Positions 39,094 through 52,570 of a stretch of 64,000 nucleotides of DNA are shown here, one piece after another. Source of the stretch: Octopus bimaculoides (lineage: Eukaryota); contig NC_068984.1 of NCBI RefSeq assembly GCF_001194135.2, forward strand, positions 84,313,261 to 84,377,260, written 5' to 3'. Within the stretch, counting starts at the first letter, position 1; each line of letters opens with the position of its first letter. The notes under the pieces were generated by a model, which saw only the letters and a list, made by a program, of their open reading frames with translations, made no database searches and was not told the DNA's origin. The translations under genes were made by a program, and so were the position numbers.

Positions 39094-40122
39094 GTCTAAC
39101 TAGACAGCCAAAGGAGTGGTTCAAAGATCATCTGATAACTACTTTAAAGGAACAGTATTAGCCCTTCAAGAATGGAAGACAGCATTTCCAAGTGTTTGGC
39201 ATTGACTAGCGTTCTCGCCGATGAAGTGTGATTGAATGTGAAAAAAATGCCTTCAGCATCGCCAAGTGAAGCGAGAAAAGAGACATCTACGTTGAGTTAC
39301 ATTTGACCTCCTCAGCCAAATATTCTCACGTTCCGTCGTGTATTTTCACGCCCGAAGTTGTAGAATCGAAGTTGTAGATCAAAAATTTGGAAATAATAAG
39401 GATATATGAATAAAGTTGCGTCATCATTGGATTTGTTGCACAATCATAAGTGTGTGAGTAAGTATGTGTGTGTATATGTGTGTGTGTGAAACTGGAGAGG
39501 AGCGAAATTGTAAATAAAAATGATGAAGTGGGGTGGAGAATTAACCGAGAAATAAAGCGAAGCCTGACTGGGTGCGTACAAAGAGAAGGTTAGAAAAGCA
39601 CAAAGTAAATTAGAAAGGAATGGATGTAGATGTTGAAAGAGGAAACTAGTGTTATCTACATAATTCTTACTTCCTTCACAAGATCAATTACAATCATCAC
39701 CGCTATCATCATCATTGCCATCAGAACCATCAGCAGTAGCAAGTGATGCTCTACGTAATCGCTCAATCTGCGAAAAATAGCAGCCAAATTTCCCTAAATC
39801 ATACCCTAACTTCCTTTTTTGAAAACAGAAAAGACAATGTTAGCTAAGATTGACCAGGGTATGCATAAAAACGTTCTGTTCGATCAAGTCTAACTTGGAG
39901 TTTAGACGACGACGACGACAACATTATCATTACTCGGCTCCATCAAAAGCACGTAGATCAACGTGCTATAAATTGCAACAAAATCTCCCTCAAATAATGT
40001 AGTCCAATATACCGCTAAAAAGACGCTATAATCAAAACTAGAAAGTCTTTGGTCATAGGTTCGCTCGATTAGCGTTAACATGGGAATAAACAACAGCAAA
40101 CCAATGAATGCACCATTACACT

Positions 40123-40657
40123 TGTAGTGAAACTAACACTTCGATCGCCTTTACATACAAAACTACCTATCGCCATTAGATACAAAACTGCTATCGCCAT
40201 TCTTCTCATTTAAATATAAATAAGCGCGAGCGTAGCGGAGAACCCATCTCCTTGTCATCACGCGACTGATTAATATTCGAAGCGGCAACTTCTTCGAACC
40301 GTTCCCGCCAGAAAGCAAACTGACCAATCACGGCCCCTAATAAGGTCACGTGATAGAGTATTTTTTGAAGCCATCGGGAGCCGATAATTCGCTATAAATA
40401 GATCAACTCATACCCAGCAAATTCGTCTCGGTTCAGTTTCTCTTAGAGACTGTTCCGTGTACCACACGACAGCAGCAGCAACAACCAGCCAGCGACCACT
40501 TCAACAGCTTCGTCCAGCCAACGATGACCACCGCCGTCGCCACATCAGCAACACGAGTCTACGACTACTAACCAGCACCATCGTCATGACCAACACGATT
40601 CTACGATTACTACTAACCAAGCAGCCTCTTCACCAACAGCGTCAACACGACTTACTA
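40123..40657 (+). mobile_element. LTR-like repeat copy 2
   Basis: Starts TGTAGTGAAACT. It has ~22-bp subrepeats, CCAAT, GTCACGTGA, TATAAATA and a TCAGTT Inr-like motif, then CAG/CAA-rich sequence running into the gap. Confidence 0.6.
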
Positions 40658-41221
40658 NNNNNNNNNNNNNNNNNNNNNNNNNNNNNNNNNNNNNNNNNNN
40701 NNNNNNNNNNNNNNNNNNNNNNNNNNNNNNNNNNNNNNNNNNNNNNNNNNNNNNNNNNNNNNNNNNNNNNNNNNNNNNNNNNNNNNNNNNNNNNNNNNNN
40801 NNNNNNNNNNNNNNNNNNNNNNNNNNNNNNNNNNNNNNNNNNNNNNNNNNNNNNNNNNNNNNNNNNNNNNNNNNNNNNNNNNNNNNNNNNNNNNNNNNNN
40901 NNNNNNNNNNNNNNNNNNNNNNNNNNNNNNNNNNNNNNNNNNNNNNNNNNNNNNNNNNGAACTGGTATAAATGCTCACGTGTTAATGACTCTTTCTATCT
41001 GCTGTAATATCTCACATACATACTTTTCTTTGTATGACGGCCTGTCTTTGATTATGTTCTTATATGTCGCATTCACACTCTCACACAGACATACACTTTA
41101 ATGCTACAATAAATATCTCTGTTATTCATCTTATACGGTTGTCTTTTCTATCGTCTCATTACTGGCCATATGTTATCGTAGTATAACATATTTTGTATAT
41201 CATCTTTGATATATATTTTGT

Positions 41222-41371
41222 GCACTGTCATGCTATTAGCTGTCAGAAGTGAAAGTGCTCACTGCTAGTGGAGTATCTGTCTGTCTGCCTGTCTGCCTGT
41301 ATGCCTGTTGCTGACCTGTCGATTCATTGGCTACTGACAGCTAATACCATGACTGGCCGGAGCGAGCTATA

Positions 41372-41464
<93 letters not shown>

Positions 41465-41563
41465 TACTCGAAAGTTATTGNNNNNNNNNNNNNNNNNNNN
41501 NNNNNNNNNNNNNNNNNNNNNNNNNNNNNNNNNNNNNNNNNNNNNNNNNNNNNNNNNNNNNNN

Positions 41564-41610
<47 letters not shown>

Positions 41611-42072
41611 CTATCTATTACTCGAAAGTTATTGGAACAAATTTGACACCTATATCCATGCGTTTGAAAACACACAGAGTATAAGGGTACTACTAAAGCA
41701 GAGTGGTCCCGAACGCGCAGTCGCGCGTCCGGCTAGCTAGTCGTGAGTGGTCGATCCTATTATTTTTAAACTTCAAACTTCATTTGTTTTCTATTTTGAT
41801 AAATTCTCTCTGTTGAAAATTATATTTTTATATTTTAAATAATTTGCAATTTCAGGAAATATGTTTTTATATTAAATTTGTGTTTTCTAATAAGGTGGAC
41901 GCGTGATTGATAGATAGATAGATAGTAGATAGATATCACTAAGTAAGTAAGCCAAAGTATCAACTCAAACCAGCAGGCACACAGATAGCTCAGCAGGCAG
42001 ACAAGCAGACAGACAGATACTTCACTAGCAGTGAGCACTTTCACTTCTGACAGCTAATAGCATGACAGTGCC
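41222..42072. mobile_element. Non-autonomous TIR element with 9-10-bp TSD (MULE-like)
   Basis: Near-perfect ~65-bp TIRs GCACTGTCATGCTATTAGCTGTCAGAAGTGAAAGTGCTCACTGCTAGTG. ATATTTTGT at 41213-41221 and 42073-42081. Confidence 0.85.
41600..41740 (+). mobile_element. Short non-autonomous Helitron-like element
   Basis: Starts in TCTA repeats. 3' hairpin ACGCGC-AGTC-GCGCGT (41713-41728) followed by CTAG|T. Confidence 0.6.
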
Positions 42073-42545
42073 ATATTTTGTGTTCGACCGTGTGACACGT
42101 TTAAATAAAAGGAGTCCTCTGTTTTTCCATTCGTCACCATTTCTCCTTTTTGAGTTCGCACGGTCGTTCTTACACACTCTTTCTCGACCTGCTAGAAACA
42201 GTAGCCAAATCTCATTTATTAATTAATGGATACATTGGACAATGTAATCTTTAATGTATCAAAAGAAAACAGGATGGTCATGATTTGAACATCTTTGCTC
42301 ACGGGCCTGTTTGATCAGAGCTAAACAACATCGTTAACAACATGAGCCAATCAGGGGACCTGTACGTGGCCACTTGATCTCTTGAAATAACATTCAAATA
42401 TCTCACAAATAACATCGCCACCAATGGACGAAACAAGTAAAAGAAAGAGTTGGTACAGTTCTATATTTAAGAGATGAGGAATTATGCACATTATTTACAT
42501 TATTTACAATTGACGGATATTTGTCCAGGTTCGAAATTTCCCCAA

Positions 42546-42591
42546 GACACCTGATGAAGGCTGAAGGGTATATCAGCCGAAACGTTGTGTT
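42546..42591 (+). ncRNA. Minimal type I hammerhead ribozyme with intact core
   Basis: GACAC-CTGATGA-A-GGCTGA AGGGTATA TCAGCC-GAAAC-GTT-GTGTT. Palindromic loop-less stem III (ACGT) and predicted GUU cleavage after 42586. Confidence 0.8.
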
Positions 42592-43239
42592 AACAACAAA
42601 CAAGATGAGGACAAATATCCGTCAATTGTAAATAATGTAGAATGAGTTGGTGTTTTCGAAAAACATGTATTTTTCATGAAGAACCTAAGCGAGTAACTCG
42701 AAAACGCACTGCTAGTGTAGATAAAGGGGAAAGCTCGGTATGCAATATCTGTGTATGCTTATTAAGAGCAGGACTCATTAGTCACCTACGGAGCCACAAA
42801 TGTAAAGTATAAATTTTTCGGGGTGCACAATTTTCTTAATGGTCTGTGATGGTCTTCTTCGCTCACGAGTGGACAGCGATCATATACATGAATGCATGTA
42901 TGCACTATGTCTGAATGTATATATGTATGCATGCATGTATATATGTATGAGTGCATGCATGTATTAGCTCGATTAGCAATAGAATAGCGCTATTTTCCTT
43001 TTATTCCCCATATTTAAAAAAAAAACAAACTATGTATAATATAAAAATTAAATAACCACGTCATTATATCATAAAATAAATTACAAATAAAATATCGTTC
43101 AGCTGTCTTCTCTTGCCTCTTGATGCGATATATCGTCTGCTCCTCTACTTCATTTGGTCACATAATAAAAATGTTGACACTTTGGTGTCACACCCCTCCA
43201 ATGTCTCTCATTTTGGCTACTTATTTTTTTTTTTTTTTC

Positions 43240-44050
43240 AGGAGAGACACTTATCAAATTTGGCTACTTTTTTCAGAAGAAACATTTATTACTTTCAAAG
43301 CAGTACACACAACTCTAATCTCTTTCAAAATAGGATCCTATGACTTCAATGTACTTGAAGCGCTCTAGCCACTTCGTTAAGACCCCATGGAAGTTCTCCA
43401 AAGTGAAGGTGTCCAAGACACTTGTCACAGCCTTCTTCGTTTCCTTCAGGTTGGGGAACAATCAAAGTGATAGGGAGCAAGGTCTGGTGCCCATCTCTGT
43501 CAAACAGTTGGTCATCAGAATGGAAATGTGGACTGCCGCATTGTCCTGGCGCTAATGCTCAGGCCGTTTGCGACGAAATCTCTGCCTGAGCCCCCTTAAA
43601 ACCTCCACTAAGTACTCTTCGTTGATCATCTGGGTACAGGGAATTCAGTGGATGTTGATGATGTCCTCACTGTCAAAAAGGGGAATTATCGTGAGCTTCT
43701 CGGTCGACTTACTTTGCTTGACCTCTTGTGTTAGCGATAAACGGATGCTTGGCTCATACAAGTTAATCCATAAACAGTATGGAACATTTCATAAGTTTCT
43801 ATAACGTTTTTACGCAGTTTAACACAAGATTTTATTCCATGGCGAGCTTCCAAATTGTTTTCACGTCCCGACTGCATTCTGCAAACTAGTCAGCTTTGGT
43901 GTGTTCAGAGTGCAGTTGCAGCCATCTCCTTCAATCTGGAATGACACAAGTTGGCAGGCCAACTTACCAGATGAATAGTAATGATATACTGAAATTACAA
44001 TAATATAGGACTCTTCTAAAAATGTCTCAAAACTTCTGGACGGCATTCAT
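43240..44050 (-). mobile_element. Decayed mariner (irritans-like) element
   Basis: Minus strand NEEYLVEVLRGLRQRFRRKRPEH*RQDNAAVH..KWLERFKYIEVIGSYFE, with a TIR-like right end. Confidence 0.75.
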
Positions 44051-44649
44051 ATGTGTGTGCATATGTATGTTTACTGTATATATTTGTGTGTGTATGTGAG
44101 CGTGTTTGTGCATGTGAGTATTTGCTTGCATGTGTATCTGTGTGTGTGTGTGTGTGTGTGTGTGTGATACACAACACAAATTCTATTTCTTGTAGACATT
44201 CAGAGATGAAGGAGCTATGTCTGCTTTTAAACTGATAAAGTGCGTAAAATATTTTATTTCTTGGGAGAGATGTTAATTTATAATTTACCTCCCCTCACGA
44301 CATATGCACTCGACTTATTTCTCGATTTCTTTGCCAACACAGTCCATCGGTAACTTCTTAGCATTTTCGTATTTTCCTGTGCTAATCTAACGGTAAATTA
44401 TACATTTATTGTCATACGATCATGTTAGGCTTGGTAGTTGGTTGTGTGCTGAGAGTTTATTTGGAAAATTAATAAATGGAATTAATAAATGGAATTTGGC
44501 TCACATGGTAGTTGTCGAATGTATAAAAACATCGTCTAAGTTAAGATCTACATAAAGAATTCTATGCTACTTCAGTATGTGAAAGCATATTTATTTATTT
44601 ATTTTGAAGGTCTGGAGGAAGGGGAAGGACTCATAATATCGTAAAAACT

Positions 44650-45600
44650 GCTCCGTTAAAACTGTGGCAAGTTAATAACTGCAGGAAAAACGTACAGGAA
44701 TAGAATTTCTGAGGTGTAACTTACCTCAGATGAAAGACTGGGCGTAATGCGAGGTGTAAGGTGTTGGACATAACGTGGATAATACGATAAGGAGAAAGAA
44801 ATGAAACGGGAGAGACTGGGTGAAGGTCACATAAGTCCAGTCAACACTGAGGAACAAGGGTCATTGCTGTTGCAATTGAAACGGTGGAGAGAGGAGACTG
44901 CACATTTGTGAGTGACTTGATGACAAATCAATCGAGTGACCGCTCTAGATATGTCCTACGATGTCTGAGTACCGAACGAGATGGGGAAACAATATCCCCA
45001 TTGTGAAATTCTCTGGAGTTTTGCAGAGGAACGGTAATTGTTTGGATATTTTCTGGCTCTGAAGAGAAGGGTAAGTCCTTGAGAAGCAATCCCAGCTATG
45101 TTAAATACGTGTGTTTACTCTGAAAAATCTTCTATAACAAATGAGTCCTTGCATTTGGAGAGATTGTGAGGGTTGTTGGAACTAACTGCTCGTATTTAAT
45201 GAAAGGGTAGATACAATGATGTTTTCTTGATATGAACAGTTGTTACAAAGGGGACAAGATTGGCTTGGTACCAGCAGAAGATGCTTTCGAGTTCTTTGTC
45301 AGTACATATTTAACGTGAGATGTTCAAGTTTTATATGGATGACACTTGAATGCAGAAGGTTGAGGAAGAATGAAAGACGGTATCACCATTGTAAGTGTGG
45401 TTATTGTTGTTGGAGGTGACGACAAGTAGATCTTTGATGTATAAGAAGACGTGTGGGGGGGGGGGGACAGAACTGAGTTCTGGAGCACTTCAGAGGTGAC
45501 TGAGTGTTGATATGGAAATGTTCTACCTGCACATTCTTCGACTGTGCGATCTAACGGGAAGCTACTGATCCAAGAAATGAGATGAATCCCATAGAGATTC
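44650..45600 (-). mobile_element. Decayed CR1/L2-group LINE, RT to 3' end
   Basis: LISWISSF..SEVLQNSVLSP (GVPQGSVLSP-like) and the C-terminal VSSLHRF..VFPAVINLPQF. Confidence 0.7.
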
Positions 45601-45643
45601 ACATACCGATATAGTCGAAAGGGACTTTAGAGAATAGATTTTA

Positions 45644-45747
<104 letters not shown>

Positions 45748-46135
45748 TTCTCATATCACAACGCAATGCCAATATAAACATGCAAACATTAAAAACATTA
45801 ATTCGTGACTACTAAGATGATACCCTAACAGTAAAAAAGAATGATTACAACAAAACAAATTAACACGTGACTTCTGATGGAGTCACGGTAAAAAAAAAAA
45901 GACCTTTGGCGAAAAAGTCTACAAAAAATTGACCTGTATATAGGAAGCAACGCAGTTGCCAAATTTACTCCCATTCTTGAAAATGAGACTGTGATGATCT
46001 GGAAACGTCGAATATGGATTCGGAAATTTATTGCTTCTAACTATCTGCAAGAAACTAATACGAAAATAAGAAATATTTAAAATAAAATAGATAAAAGAGA
46101 AACACAGTCATGTCTTTAATGAAACATGTGTGCAT

Positions 46136-46190
<55 letters not shown>

Positions 46191-46299
46191 CATATCACAA
46201 CAAAACACAAACGTATGATACATAACTTTTTATGTGTGTGCTTGTATATGTATTCTATTTGTATATATGGTTATGTGCATGTGTTGACTCAGGTACCTG

Positions 46300-46790
46300 A
46301 AATGAAGAATTCATGGTTTATTTTACAAATTTTCACTGATCGATTGCATCTGGAGAATGCGAGAATCAGTTTGCTCAATTGTTTTTTGAAGAACCCATGC
46401 ATTTCTTGGTTTCAATGCAGTCAATTGTTACGCAACCCAGTGCACCTATGATAACAGGGACAAATGATAATCTATAGCCAGGATACAATAGCTGTAACTT
46501 TCTTATCAGTTCTCCATTGATGTTCTTTTTCCCAATTTTTGAACAGACTTTCGTATCCCTTGGGCAGTTGATCTCTGCAGTGATGCATGACTTTTTGTTC
46601 CTGTCCCATACAACCATATCGAGCCCGTTGTGCTTACACCGGGTTGCTGTTTACATTGGAATGTTCCCATCAATAATCTTTAATTTTGAAGATGTAGATA
46701 TTCCCTGGTTCTTGTGTGCCTTTGATCTGATCGTCAGGACAATCTTTCTTGCGTATAGTATTGTATTTAAATCGTCTCGGCGACAATGTT
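46300..46790 (-). mobile_element. R4/Dong-like restriction-like endonuclease (RLE) fragment
   Basis: MVVWDRNKKSCITAEINCPRD..FVPVIIGALGCVT. Confidence 0.75.
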
Positions 46791-47249
46791 ATGTCTCGTA
46801 GGGAGGTAATATCTTATGGTTCCGGGGTAAACTTCTTAACTGCTCCGCTACGTGACTAATATATGTTTTTTAACGAAAGTCGAAGTAATTTGAACTCAGA
46901 CACGCAAGGGACCAATCTGGTCGCTGAAATCTTTACGCGCCGGCAACGATGTGTTCAGCTTCCATTAACCGGATCTCCAATAATAAAAGTTATGCCTTAA
47001 TACAAGCGCCTCGTGTATTCTATCCTCTTGTTGTTATGAGCAGATACAATGACTTCCTTCTCTCTCATACTGACTAAATTATAGTTATTAAGCCAATGTT
47101 ACCACCAAAAATGGATAACAGCGACATCACTAAACAAGTAAACATCAACAAACTAGTTAAAACCCCTTGCAAAGAGTAAAAAATAGTATTAGCCATTGGC
47201 TAATATTATTTTGGTAATGTCTGGTATTTGAGGTAATTAGTGGTGATCT

Positions 47250-48110
47250 GTGTCAGTAAACAATACGAGGAGTGAAGAACTCGAACATTTCGGATAATTG
47301 TTCTTTTTCTCCCGGAACAGAGAGAGAGAGGGAGGGGGAGAGAGTGAAGAATACATAGAGAGGTTTTGTCATCTTGGACGCAAAACTGCAGATGAGAAAA
47401 TAGAGTGGTCTATAGGGGATGGAGTGGAGGAAAAGCAAGGTGTTAGCAAGAGTAGTGTGAGAGCTATACGATGAGAGAAGAAGTAAAATCTGAGGAAGGA
47501 GTGGTAGAAGTTTGTAACACGATTCCTGTCAGATTAAATGAAAGAGGTGGTGATGAGCCATGTGTAATGAGGCAGGAGATAGTAGAAAAATCCAGGCAAA
47601 TGAGGTAATAGACGAAAAGACAAACAAGATGAGAGCGAGAGGAGTAAAAAGGAAATGGGTTAGCCGTGAATTGAAATCAGTATGGAGTGGTTAAAAAGTA
47701 GAGAATTAAGAAGCTTTAAAGAATATTTTAAAAGTTTGAATCTAAGATATGTATGTTGTCAGAATTATAAACAAACATCTTCCGGGAAGTAGAAATGCGA
47801 CGAAAATTTGACGATAAGTGAACACCTCTCGGTCAGCGAACTGACACCGCAGACTAAGAGGTGACCTGGCGGATTCAAGTGTCTAGTTATCAGTTTTAAG
47901 GATTCACGGAGTGTAACAACGTTCAGTGAACGGCCAGTAAATGCTCACTGAACCTGTCTTCTGAACGGTGACTCGTATCGCTTAAGTATAGTGTATTGCA
48001 GAGTTTGAGACCTATAAAGTATATTGGGTTAGAGGAAGTACAATGAACGTAGTCGAGCATGCTGGCACAAAAAGGAACCGGTGTGCAAGAATTTTTTATA
48101 TCCATGAAGA
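47250..48110 (-). mobile_element. Very decayed non-LTR remnant (clade uncertain)
   Basis: Purine-rich plus strand with weak LINE-like remnants in the minus translation. Confidence 0.3.
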
Positions 48111-48791
48111 GAATTATTGTAGTTTCAAGAAGGAAGGAAATGGAGCTGAAGAAGTACCAGTTTTGATCAATTATGGCGTGTTTTCAGTATTAGATTCCTC
48201 TTATTTAGATCTTTTAAGANNNNNNNNNNNNNNNNNNNNNNNNNNNNNNNNNNNNNNNNNNNNNNNNNNNNNNNNNNNNNNNNNNNNNNNNNNNNNNNNN
48301 NNNNNNNNNNNNNNNNNNNNNNNNNNNNNNNNNNNNNNNNNNNNNNNNNNNNNNNNNNNNNNNNNNNNNNNNNNNNNNNNNNNNNNNNNNNNNNNNNNNN
48401 NNNNNNNNNNNNNNNNNNNNNNNNNNNNNNNNNNNNNNNNNNNNNNNNNNNNNNNNNNNNNNNNNNNNNNNNNNNNNNNNNNNNNNNNNNNNNNNNNNNN
48501 NNNNNNNNNNNNNNNNNNNNNNNNNNNNNNNNNNNNNNNNNNNNNNNNNNNNNNNNNNNNNNNNNNNNNNNNNNNNNNNNNNNNNNNNNNNNNNNNNNNN
48601 NNNNNNNNNNNNNNNNNNNNNNNNNNNNNNNNNNNNNNNNNNNNNNNNNNNNNNNNNNNNNNNNNNNNNNNNNNNNNNNNNNNNNNNNNNNNNNNNNNNN
48701 NNNNNNNNNNNNNNNNNNNNNNNNNNNNNNNNNNNNNNNNNNNNNNNNNNNNNNNNNNNNNNNNNNNNNNNNNNNNNNNNNNNNNNNNNNN

Positions 48792-48859
<68 letters not shown>

Positions 48860-48861
<2 letters not shown>

Positions 48862-49790
48862 CCTGTGGATCCTGCAGCCTTTTACTACGTTTTCAACTTT
48901 CTTGCCCATTTTCGGCCAATACACATAACTGTGCATAAGCGCTTTCATCCTTACGATCCCTGGATTTCCAATAAGGAATCCTTTCAACATTCTTTTTTGT
49001 AGAGTCTCAGGTATCACTATCCTTTGGCCATACATCAGTACACCGTCGCATATTGAATATATGTTTACCTCTTGTTTTTTCTTCCGAATCTTTTTTGTTT
49101 TGTTTTTTCGTTGAGCTCCGAGTTTTTGGGGTTTTTTTTTATTAATGTCGCTTTATCTCCTCCGGAGTTTTTGGTAACTCTCGTACAATGTTCCACATTA
49201 TGTGTTTAATTTCCCCTTAGTCTCTTAGGGCTGCTATCACTGTGTCCTTGAATGGTTTGTCATTTCTTAGTTTAGTAGTATGGTGCCCCATCGCTGCAAC
49301 CTGTTTGCTGTATGTACTGAGATTCTTTTCTTGGATCCATAAATCGTTAGCAACGGGCGATGGTCTATTTATAGTCTAAACTGTCTACCATGAATAAACC
49401 TGTGGAACTTTTTTATGCCAAATATAATCGCCAATGCCTCTTTTTCAATTTGACTATAATTTTTTTTTCCGCTGACATCTACCCTGTACTCACTAGCATC
49501 TCTTAACAATATCGTTTCCAACTTTGGATCGAAGTGTGTAAGCGGCAAGTTTGAAGTTAACATGCTTTTTAGTTCCTCAAATGCCTTCTGGTTTGCCTTC
49601 TGGCATTTTTCTAACCAAAACCATTTGGCATCCTTTTTTAACAGCTGGTTTAGTGGAGTTCTTGTGTTGTGTATGTTCGGGATATATACTTGATAGTAGA
49701 TTACCCAGCCTAAGAATGCTTGTAACATTTTGACATTCGTTGGGGGTGGGGTGGCATATTCCGTATTGTTATCCATATGCAAACATATGT
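48860..49790 (-). mobile_element. Second Gypsy (K02A2.6-like) fragment: RT end/RNaseH and integrase zinc motif
   Basis: LQAFLGWVIYYQVYIP..LPLTHFDPK..DASEY, YSQIEKEALAIIFGIKKFHRFIHGRQF and GNPGIVRMKALMHSYVYWP. Confidence 0.9.
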
Positions 49791-52399
49791 ATATATGTTT
49801 ACATAAAAAAGGTCTGACTTAACAAAATAAAAATATCAAGAATTAGAGGGGTTGAACAAGAGTATTACAAATCCAGCAGCTGTTTTGTGGGGCTCGGTAG
49901 TCCAAAATAATAATTGCAAATTGATTCTATCGTCAGATGATACGAGCTTCCGTTTTCAGGGAAGAAATCTTACATTTGAGGTGTTGACAGAAAGGAGATT
50001 AANNNNNNNNNNNNNNNNNNNNNNNNNNNNNNNNNNNNNNNNNNNNNNNNNNNNNNNNNNNNNNNNNNNNNNNNNNNNNNNNNNNNNNNNNNNNNNNNNN
50101 NNNNNNNNNNNNNNNNNNNNNNNNNNNNNNNNNNNNNNNNNNNNNNNNNNNNNNNNNNNNNNNNNNNNNNNNNNNNNNNNNNNNNNNNNNNNNNNNNNNN
50201 NNNNNNNNNNNNNNNNNNNNNNNNNNNNNNNNNNNNNNNNNNNNNNNNNNNNNNNNNNNNNNNNNNNNNNNNNNNNNNNNNNNNNNNNNNNNNNNNNNNN
50301 NNNNNNNNNNNNNNNNNNNNNNNNNNNNNNNNNNNNNNNNNNNNNNNNNNNNNNNNNNNNNNNNNNNNNNNNNNNNNNNNNNNNNNNNNNNNNNNNNNNN
50401 NNNNNNNNNNNNNNNNNNNNNNNNNNNNNNNNNNNNNNNNNNNNNNNNNNNNNNNNNNNNNNNNNNNNNNNNNNNNNNNNNNNNNNNNNNNNNNNNNNNN
50501 NNNNNNNNNNNNNNNNNNNNNNNNNNNNNNNNNNNNNNNNNNNNNNNNNNNNNNNNNNNNNNNNNNNNNNNNNNNNNNNNNNNNNNNNNNNNNNNNNNNN
50601 NNNNNNNNNNNNNNNNNNNNNNNNNNNNNNNNNNNNNNNNNNNNNNNNNNNNNNNNNNNNNNNNNNNNNNNNNNNNNNNNNNNNNNAGTTTTTGCATTTT
50701 TGACTAAGCAGCTACCAGTTTCGATCTCTTTAAGAAGACAATATAGTCATACTGAAATAAAAGGAAACATAAATTGAAATAAACCGAAATAAATTAAATT
50801 AATCCTTTATATTATCAGTTCTGGAAGTTTCTGTTCTCTCTCTTTCCTTCCTCTCTCTCTCTCTTATAAAGATCACATGGTTCTTTATTTCGTTTCCTTC
50901 TGATTGTTGCTGGGTAACAGATAACTGCAGCAATAGCTGTACTCAGCGGGATTTGAAATATAGTCATAGTTATGTAAAAAGCTTGATGGTCAGAGCTCGA
51001 ACGCTATCGATCATAGATCACTTGATACAAGCTGATCTTACTACCATCACAATATCCGCTGCTGCCAACAGAGCCACCGGAAGAAAATTTTTAAGGTGAA
51101 ATAAGACAGCTTTCTAGTTCCGGAAAACCTCCTCTCAAAACCCAAAAGGGTTGCAAAGGCTCCTTTATTATTTGGCCCCCTCCTTGAATCTCTAGGACCA
51201 ATGTACAGGCTGGACTTGAATCTTAAGGCTCCTGGCTAACAAATGTTAGCAACAACATCAACATCACGAAAACAAATATTTTCAACTCCACTTTATCTGC
51301 CACCAACATCACACCACTGCAGAGGAAGCTTCTATTTGGTCGCACGACCAGCTAAAAATAGTTGCCGATTCTTCTTCAAATCACACTCTTAAGACAAGTT
51401 TATGTAGTCCAAGATATTTTACTTGGAAATATGACACGATGGTCACGGCTGGAATGCCTTTTGATCAATGGTTCACTTAACAGTCTACTTACCTGCGACT
51501 AAAAGCCACTACCTCCACCACCATCATCCCAAATCCACAACCACTTTAACAACTACCATCACTGCAAAATCATCACTCTCACTACAACTACTACCACCAC
51601 CACTAATATAATCACCACCACCGCCACCACCACCACCACCACCACTACCACCACTACCACCACTGTCACCACAACTACATCATCGCTAGTACTACACTAC
51701 TGCATCTACCATCACTTCCACCACTACTACTCCCACCTCATCAACTGCCACCACCACACATATCATCATGATCATCATGATCATCATCATCATCATCGTC
51801 ATCATCATCGTCATCATCATCATCATCACTGTCCTACCAGCATCACCACTTCCGCTACTATCACTCCCGCTACCTTAAGCTGTATTATGTAAATGCAGCA
51901 TGTAAACAAATGTATATTATATTCTGTAATATCANNNNNNNNNNNNNNNNNNNNNNNNNNNNNNNNNNNNNNNNNNNNNNNNNNNNNNNNNNNNNNNNNN
52001 NNNNNNNNNNNNNNNNNNNNNNNNNNNNNNNNNNNNNNNNNNNNNNNNNNNNNNNNNNNNNNNNNNNNNNNNNNNNNNNNNNNNNNNNNNNNNNNNNNNN
52101 NNNNNNNNNNNNNNNNNNNNNNNNNNNNNNNNNNNNNNNNNNNNNNNNNNNNNNNNNNNNNNNNNNNNNNNNNNNNNNNNNNNNNNNNNNNNNNNNNNNN
52201 NNNNNNNNNNNNNNNNNNNNNNNNNNNNNNNNNNNNNNNNNNNNNNNNNNNNNNNNNNNNNNNNNNNNNNNNNNNNNNNNNNNNNNNNNNNNNNNNNNNN
52301 NNNNNNNNNNNNNNNNNNNNNNNNNNNNNNNNNNNNNNNNNNNNNNNNNNNNNNNNNNNNNNNNNNNNNNNNNNNNNNNNNNNNNNNNNNNNNNNNNNA

Positions 52400-52570
52400 T
52401 ATATATCTTAGATCCTGCTAAGGTATAAAAGTGGGGTATTTTCAGAGAAGCACTCAATCCAAGTTCAGGGATATCAACAATGTCGGATTCCAGACTAATA
52501 CCGAAATTCTTTAAGTATAGAAATTTTTGGTTTCCCGATGGTAAAACCGTTGTGCGAGCGTGGCGAAGAT
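52400..52570 (-). repeat. ~165-bp LINE-like 3' end abutting (TA)n, copy 1
   Basis: Homologous to 54415-54575 (CGGATTCCAGACTAATACCGAAATT shared). Both copies begin at a TA run/gap edge. Confidence 0.7.

Larger units (their letters stand above)
37590..39350 (+). mobile_element. Decayed RTE-clade LINE, split by a hAT MITE
   Basis: RVGQGCVL.PV.FNIFL and SIESVLYRHTLRLLEHVERMAESCLPCWILYG*LPHGQR. The reading resumes after the MITE (..RQPKEWFKDHL). Confidence 0.75.

Noticed and set aside
41440-41634. Duplicated CTATTACTCGAAAGTTATTG on both sides of a gap
   Set aside because: An identical overlap across a gap, so probably an assembly artefact.
45970-46015. CTTGAAAA..GAAACGTCG PLE-end-like string
   Set aside because: The core deviates from CUGANGA and stem II is poor. 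It may be a very decayed pLTR but is not supportable.
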